From Candidatus Latescibacterota bacterium (lineage in GTDB: Bacteria; Latescibacterota; UBA2968; UBA8231), in assembly GCA_965205655.1 (NCBI GenBank), contig CBDBIJ010000084.1:1-11517 (forward strand): a stretch of 11,517 bases of DNA, written 5' to 3'. The translations under genes and the position numbers were made by a program. The notes below the pieces were generated by a model that searched no databases, was not told where the DNA came from, and saw only the letters and a program-made list of their open reading frames with translations. This document shows, in pieces, positions 6,911-11,517 of the stretch. Position 1 is the first letter of the stretch. Each line of letters starts with the position of its first letter.

Positions 6911-8919
6911 CCGATGGGGTTCTGTGCGTCGCAATCCGGAATGCGAAGGCGGTTCAGTCCCTCGAACGTGCCGATCCACAGCTGTTCACTGGCCGCATCG
7001 AAGAGGAGCGAGTTCACCCGGTTATCGGTGAGACCGCTGTTTTTTGTCGTCATTGGAATGGCCACCTCGCCGCTCGATGATATATGAGTCAGACCCGCTT
7101 CGGTTGCCACCCACATATTGCCGCAGGAATCGAGTTCGAGGTCGCTGATCACGCTCGAGGGCAGACCGTCCGCTTCATCAAACACGCGCCAACTGCGGAT
7201 GTCGAGGGAGTTGGCCTCGCGATTGTAGGTACCCTGAACGCTGTTGAGGCCATTGTCGGTAGCTATCCATATGGTCCCGTCGACGCCGATCTGCAAGTCT
7301 GCAACCCTATCGCTGGAAAGCCTGCTCTCCACAGCAGCCTCGATAAAAACGGCGCGGTCGTCATCTCCGTCGAACGGAGTACCGCCGTCATCGAGAACGC
7401 CGAATCCGCGGGTGGGGCTGGTTAGCCATTTCAAGCCGTCCGGGCCGATAACGATCTTGTTCAGGTCCTGCTCGGCGGGAAAGCCGAGGGCCGTCTGGTC
7501 GATGAAGTGACTCTGAATGGCCCGGTGGCCATCGACGACGAGGATTCCGAACTTGACGTTCATCAGCCACATGGTGTTGTCGTCATCCCGCGCGATGTCG
7601 CTGACGACGACGAAGTCGCCCGCGGTGCCGATTCCCTGCAGGTCCGTATTGGTCTCGTCGAGATAGGACCAGGAGCCGGACGGATTGAGGATGGAAACGC
7701 CGAAACCCCAGCTGCCGACCCATAATCGTCCGCCGAAACCAGCCTTGAGGCTGACCAGATCGTCGGTCGGCATCCCGGATGCCTTGTCGTAGACACTCCA
7801 AACCTCCTCCGTGAGCTGGTAGACGCCGGAGGCCTCGAAATGGTCGTTCGGGGCGCTCGCAACCCAGAGATCGCCGTCGTGGATCTCCATTTCGAAAAAG
7901 CGATTTCCCGCCGGCTCCAAAGATGGCGGTGGATCGCCCCCGCCGATGATCCGGATACCGGCTGCAGTGGCCAGCCACAGGACACGTCCGCGGTCGTCCA
8001 TGGCTCTCACGTCTTTTATGACCGGACCCGATATGCGTTCCCACTCCCCGACACCTTCCCGGCGGAGAAAGTTGCCACTGGCGACGGCGATGACGGGCTG
8101 TCCGCGCAAGAGACTCACGCTCGTCGCTTCCTCGTCGTACTCGGTGTGAAACCTCTGAACCGTCTCATCGAAGGAGTAGGCTCCCGCGAACGCTGCGACA
8201 TAAAGGGTGCCCTGCACGGCCCGCATATCGTGGACTTTCCCGGCACTCAGGCTAAGCGTCTCCCAGCTGTCGGGATCCTGCAGGTTGGGTTGGGACAAAT
8301 CGGCACGCGAGATGCCCTCGTCCGTCCCGACCCAGAGAAAACCGTTGTGAATCGTCATGGTGTTGACGGCCGAGTCCTTCGTCATCCTCCCCAGCCGCCG
8401 ATAGGTTTCCTTGACCTCCTCCCGGTCGGGAAGAAAAACACTCACACCAATGTCGGTACCTACGAACAGTAGATCCCCCGCCGGCAGCACGACGTTGATA
8501 CTGAGGCCTTCGAAGTCGCGGTACGGCTCGCTGAAGGTATCGGTTTCGGTGTCGTAACGCGTGAGTCCGCTTCCCTCTGTTCCGAACCACATCTGGCCAT
8601 GGCGATCCCGGGCAACACTCAAGACCCGATTGCCGGCCAGGCCGTCGAGACTGGTGAAGCGCTCGTAGCTCTTCGTTAACAAGCTGTAGCGCAGGACGCC
8701 GCCGTCCGTTGCTGCCCAGACATCCCCGCCACCCACGAAGACGCCGTTGACCTCGCGCATGCTAGTAAAGGCCGCCCATTCGCCAGAGTCGGATTGCGCT
8801 GAGGCCGGCTGAGCGCCGAGTGGTCCGAGGCTCGAGATCGGGCCGAGGCCGATGACGGCCAGCGCCGTGAATGCAATAGTCGTTTTTGACTGTGTCACTG
8901 CTCTGTCACACATGTTCAC
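6640..8919 (-). CDS. PorZ-like secreted beta-propeller protein (two-component-regulator-propeller repeats) with a C-terminal T9SS type A / FlgD-Ig-like domain
   Basis: Signal-like N-terminus ending ASA|Q. Many propeller blades (DGLAGNRVLSVARDRHGQMWFGTEGSGLTRYD; DGLPSSVISDLELDSCGNMWVATEAGL; NSGLTDNRVNSLLFD...LWIGTFEGL), an acidic loop DDGGTPFDGDDD, and a C-terminal VYPNP...LKIYTAAGELIK...WNG.N..G..VGSGVYLF...GKFAVV. Size (759 aa) and architecture resemble Bacteroidota PorZ. Candidate starts: GTG 8919, ATG 8913, GTG 8898. Confidence 0.75.
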   Translation of the reverse strand: MNMCDRAVTQSKTTIAFTALAVIGLGPISSLGPLGAQPASAQSDSGEWAAFTSMREVNGVFVGGGDVWAATDGGVLRYSLLTKSYERFTSLDGLAGNRVLSVARDRHGQMWFGTEGSGLTRYDTETDTFSEPYRDFEGLSINVVLPAGDLLFVGTDIGVSVFLPDREEVKETYRRLGRMTKDSAVNTMTIHNGFLWVGTDEGISRADLSQPNLQDPDSWETLSLSAGKVHDMRAVQGTLYVAAFAGAYSFDETVQRFHTEYDEEATSVSLLRGQPVIAVASGNFLRREGVGEWERISGPVIKDVRAMDDRGRVLWLATAAGIRIIGGGDPPPSLEPAGNRFFEMEIHDGDLWVASAPNDHFEASGVYQLTEEVWSVYDKASGMPTDDLVSLKAGFGGRLWVGSWGFGVSILNPSGSWSYLDETNTDLQGIGTAGDFVVVSDIARDDDNTMWLMNVKFGILVVDGHRAIQSHFIDQTALGFPAEQDLNKIVIGPDGLKWLTSPTRGFGVLDDGGTPFDGDDDRAVFIEAAVESRLSSDRVADLQIGVDGTIWIATDNGLNSVQGTYNREANSLDIRSWRVFDEADGLPSSVISDLELDSCGNMWVATEAGLTHISSSGEVAIPMTTKNSGLTDNRVNSLLFDAASEQLWIGTFEGLNRLRIPDCDAQNPIGLVVYPNPYLNASAARRLTFDGLPLGATLKIYTAAGELIKRLDGVPGQGRLIWNGQNESGFLVGSGVYLFVADDGTGDPVRGKFAVVSTP

Positions 8920-11429
8920 ATTGTCGTTTGCGGATCGACGACGGCCGCCAACTCAACGCCGTGTTCAGCGGCGATCTTGCGCACCTCGCCGAGACTCCTT
9001 TTCGTCGCCCTCCTCACCTCCTGGATCGAGGGGGCGGACAGAAGAGCCTGCCATCGGTATTGATTCCGAAGCCGCGCCAAAGGCGCAGGAGCCGGACCGA
9101 GAACCCGCAGGGCCTCGGACGTGTGCTGCATCAGGTGCTCGACTCCCTTGCCGGCGGCGCGGGCGACGGCGCTCTCTTCGGCCCCACGCCAACGGAACAA
9201 AACGAGGCGTTGAAAAGGGGGAAACCCGGCAGACTGGCGATCGTCGAGCTCTGATTCGGCGAAGGTGTCGTAGTCCTGCGCCGCCGCCGCCTGCAACACC
9301 GGCGCGGAAGGCACGTAAGTCTGAATGACGACCTCACCCGGTTCATCGCCCCTGCCGGCGCGCCCCGCCACCTGGGTCAGCAACTGAAAGCTGCGCTCCG
9401 TAGCCCGAAAGTCGGGCAGGTGCATTCCCGTGTCGGCGGAGATGACCCCCACGAGAGTGACGCCGGGAAAGTCGAGTCCCTTGGCCACCATCTGGGTGCC
9501 GAGAAGAACATCCGCTTCACGCCGCCGGAAGGACTCCACCAGCTCGTCATGGGCGCCTTTCCAGCCGGTCGTGTCGACGTCCATACGAATGACGCGAATA
9601 CCAGGGAACTGTTCCAGGAGGGCAGCTTCCACACGCTGAGTGCCCACCCCTTCGAAGCGGACGGTGGGGCTGGCGCAGCCGGGGCAGACCTCGGGGGCAG
9701 GAGATTCATAGTCGCAATAGTGGCAGCGCATGCCCTCGCGCCCGCTGCGGTGGTAGGTCAAGGCGACGCGGCAGCTCGAGCACTCGAGGGATTCGCCACA
9801 CTCGCCGCACTGGGCTACCGGGGCGAAGCCGCGCCGGTTCTGAAGTAGCACAACCTGCTCCGAGCGCTCGAAGCGCTCCCGCATCTTCAGCCGGAGGATC
9901 CGCGAAAAAATGGCGCGCTGGCGCCGCTGGTAGGGTTCCTTCCTCATGTCGGCGACGTCGACGCGCGGCAGGGGTCTGTCGCCGATGCGGCGTGGAAGCA
10001 GCTGCAGACCGTACTTACCGCTGCCGGCATTGGCGTAGGATTCAAGGCTTGGCGTCGCCGATCCGAGCAGAACGACAGCGCCGGCCCGGCGCCCGCGCAC
10101 GACGGCCAGATCGCGGGCGTTGTACGAGAGGCCGTGCCGGTTGTCGGACTCGTCCTGGCTGTACGACGCATCGTGCTCCTCGTCCACGACGATGATCCCC
10201 AGATCGCGGACCGGGGCCAGCACGCAGGAGCGGGCGCCGATGACGAGGGACTGCTCGCCCCGCCGCAGCCGGCGCCAGGTGTCGTAGCGTTCGCCTGGGG
10301 ACAGCTGGCTGTGGAGCACCGCTACCCGATCGCCGAATCTATCCCTGAATCGCCGCACCATCTGCCAGGCCAGGGCGATCTCGGGCACGAGAACGATAGC
10401 GCCGCGCCCAGCTTCGAGCGCTCGGTCGACGGCGTGGACGTAGACGAGGGTCTTGCCGCTGCCAGTCACGCCCTTGAGCAGGATTGGCGAGAACACGCGC
10501 TGATCGATCGCCCGCTTGATAGGTTCGATGACGCGCTGCTGATCCGCTGTCAGCGACTTTTCCTTCTCTGGTTCCTCAGATCTGATGTGAGCGAGGGGAT
10601 CGCGTGTTACCTCGGCTTCGAAGGACTCGACGAGACCCCGCAAGCTCAGCTGCTTTACAACAGAGTAGCGAAACCCCTCGGCGACAAGGCTCTTCTTCGG
10701 CATCTCGCCGCGGTCGATGAGTATCTGCAGACAGAGGGCTTGCCGCGGCGCTCGCCGTTCCAGCGCCGGAAGTTCCTCGAGCGCCCGCGTCCGATCGACC
10801 ACGCGGACCCGCTGTTCGTGTCTGACAGTGATCCTTCGCCGCCTCAAGGCGGGGCCGATCTCGATGGCGCAGGAGCGCCGCAGGCGCTGCAGTGCCCGCT
10901 CCAGGCCATTGTTCGACGAGCGCCCTCCCCGTGCCAGGTGTCCGTTCCTCTGCAGACGGCGTTTCAGCGTTGTCAGATGCAGGGGACCGCTGGCTAGTTG
11001 TTCGCAGATGCGTGACTCGAGCTCTCCCGTTTCTGCGGCGCTGCGGTCGGCCGGATCGCCGCTTTCAGGGCGAAGCTGCACGACGCGACTCGAGGTCATC
11101 TGAACTCCCGGGGGTAAGGCCGCCGCGAGGGCGCTGCCGAGGGGAGCCAGGTAGTAGTCCGCCATCCAGCGGCAGAGCTCGACGACGTCAGCGCTGAGGG
11201 GCGACTCGGCGTCGAGGATTTGGGCGATGTCGCGGACGCGGTCGGGCGCGATCGAAGCAGAGTCCGGGTCGGTGAGCGAAAGGGCGAAGCCGGTCATCAA
11301 CCGCCGCTGGACCGGCACCAGGACGACGGAGCCGGGACGTACGGCATCAGTGAGTTCCGCTGGTACGCCGTAGGTGAGCTCGCGGCCAACGGGAGGAGCC
11401 ACCGCCACCTCGATAAATTGCCGGCTCAT
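8916..11429 (-). CDS. priA: Primosomal protein N' (replication restart helicase PriA)
   Basis: N-terminal 3'-DNA-binding domain (LTYGVP...WMADYYLAPLG), Walker A GVTGSGKT, LVPEIAL, GARS, DEEH, LGSATPSLES, NRRGF, four CxxC zinc pairs (CGEC, CSSC, CHYC, CPGC), GTQMVAKGLDFP, QVAGRAGR, and C-terminal LGPAPAPLARLRNQYRWQ. Confidence 0.98.
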   Translation of the reverse strand: MSRQFIEVAVAPPVGRELTYGVPAELTDAVRPGSVVLVPVQRRLMTGFALSLTDPDSASIAPDRVRDIAQILDAESPLSADVVELCRWMADYYLAPLGSALAAALPPGVQMTSSRVVQLRPESGDPADRSAAETGELESRICEQLASGPLHLTTLKRRLQRNGHLARGGRSSNNGLERALQRLRRSCAIEIGPALRRRRITVRHEQRVRVVDRTRALEELPALERRAPRQALCLQILIDRGEMPKKSLVAEGFRYSVVKQLSLRGLVESFEAEVTRDPLAHIRSEEPEKEKSLTADQQRVIEPIKRAIDQRVFSPILLKGVTGSGKTLVYVHAVDRALEAGRGAIVLVPEIALAWQMVRRFRDRFGDRVAVLHSQLSPGERYDTWRRLRRGEQSLVIGARSCVLAPVRDLGIIVVDEEHDASYSQDESDNRHGLSYNARDLAVVRGRRAGAVVLLGSATPSLESYANAGSGKYGLQLLPRRIGDRPLPRVDVADMRKEPYQRRQRAIFSRILRLKMRERFERSEQVVLLQNRRGFAPVAQCGECGESLECSSCRVALTYHRSGREGMRCHYCDYESPAPEVCPGCASPTVRFEGVGTQRVEAALLEQFPGIRVIRMDVDTTGWKGAHDELVESFRRREADVLLGTQMVAKGLDFPGVTLVGVISADTGMHLPDFRATERSFQLLTQVAGRAGRGDEPGEVVIQTYVPSAPVLQAAAAQDYDTFAESELDDRQSAGFPPFQRLVLFRWRGAEESAVARAAGKGVEHLMQHTSEALRVLGPAPAPLARLRNQYRWQALLSAPSIQEVRRATKRSLGEVRKIAAEHGVELAAVVDPQTTM

Positions 11430-11515
11430 GGTCCAGCGACGCCGGATGCGACGGTGTCGTCAGCCACGGCAGCAGATGCGTCCACCGGCTCGACTTGTGT
11501 GTCCGAAACCGGCGC
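11426..11515 (-). CDS. 3' end of an unidentified upstream gene (partial, enters from the window edge)
   Basis: Open frame from the edge, APVSDTQVEPVDASAAVADDTVASGVAGP*, with mostly G-starting codons. Its TGA overlaps the priA ATG (ATGA), like the other junctions. Only 29 sense codons are visible. Confidence 0.55.
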   Translation of the reverse strand, partial: APVSDTQVEPVDASAAVADDTVASGVAGP

Positions 11516-11517
11516 GA

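Noticed and set aside
6640..8919. Possible hybrid two-component sensor, given the regulator-propeller repeats
   Set aside because: No TM helix, histidine kinase or receiver domain follows. The protein ends in a CTD-like domain instead.
131..11094. Frequent CTCGAG/TCGA palindromes (at least 23 CTCGAG counted by eye)
   Set aside because: About two-thirds are in-frame Leu-Glu codon pairs (CTC GAG) in helical proteins and the spacing is irregular. This is compositional bias, not a repeat array.
44..11197. Numerous plus-strand ORFs (e.g. 44-685, 529-1122, 4983-5771, 7840-8472, 10134-10997) and alternative-frame minus-strand ORFs
   Set aside because: They overlap well-supported minus-strand genes and show no recognisable motifs. 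Long shadow ORFs are expected in high-GC coding DNA.
1..11517. CRISPR arrays, tRNA/rRNA, IS elements, defence or phage genes, intrinsic terminators
   Set aside because: The window is almost fully coding. I saw no regularly spaced repeats, no terminal inverted repeats, no transposase or integrase motifs, and no hairpin-plus-U-tract.

Overview
GC-rich (roughly 65% by eye) bacterial chromosomal segment. Every credible gene is on the minus strand, in one tightly packed putative operon. In transcription order: the 3' tail of an unknown upstream gene, priA (replication-restart helicase), a PorZ-like secreted beta-propeller protein with a C-terminal T9SS-type/FlgD-Ig sorting domain, a DUF4159 protein, a 1149-aa DUF4175-like membrane-anchored Ig/coiled-coil protein, an exported TPR protein, and the 5' part of an exported protein of the conserved FCB-group family often labelled 'asparagine synthetase B' (missed by the ORF track because it runs off the window edge). 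Five of the six junctions are 4-nt ATGA/GTGA stop-start overlaps. I saw no RNA genes, mobile elements or CRISPR arrays. The gene content suggests an FCB-superphylum organism, possibly a non-Bacteroidota lineage such as Latescibacterota or Gemmatimonadota (inference). The main point of interest is a co-transcribed block of five extracytoplasmic, mostly uncharacterised proteins headed by a PorZ homologue, a candidate undescribed envelope or secretion-associated module. Family names come from motif recognition, not database searches.
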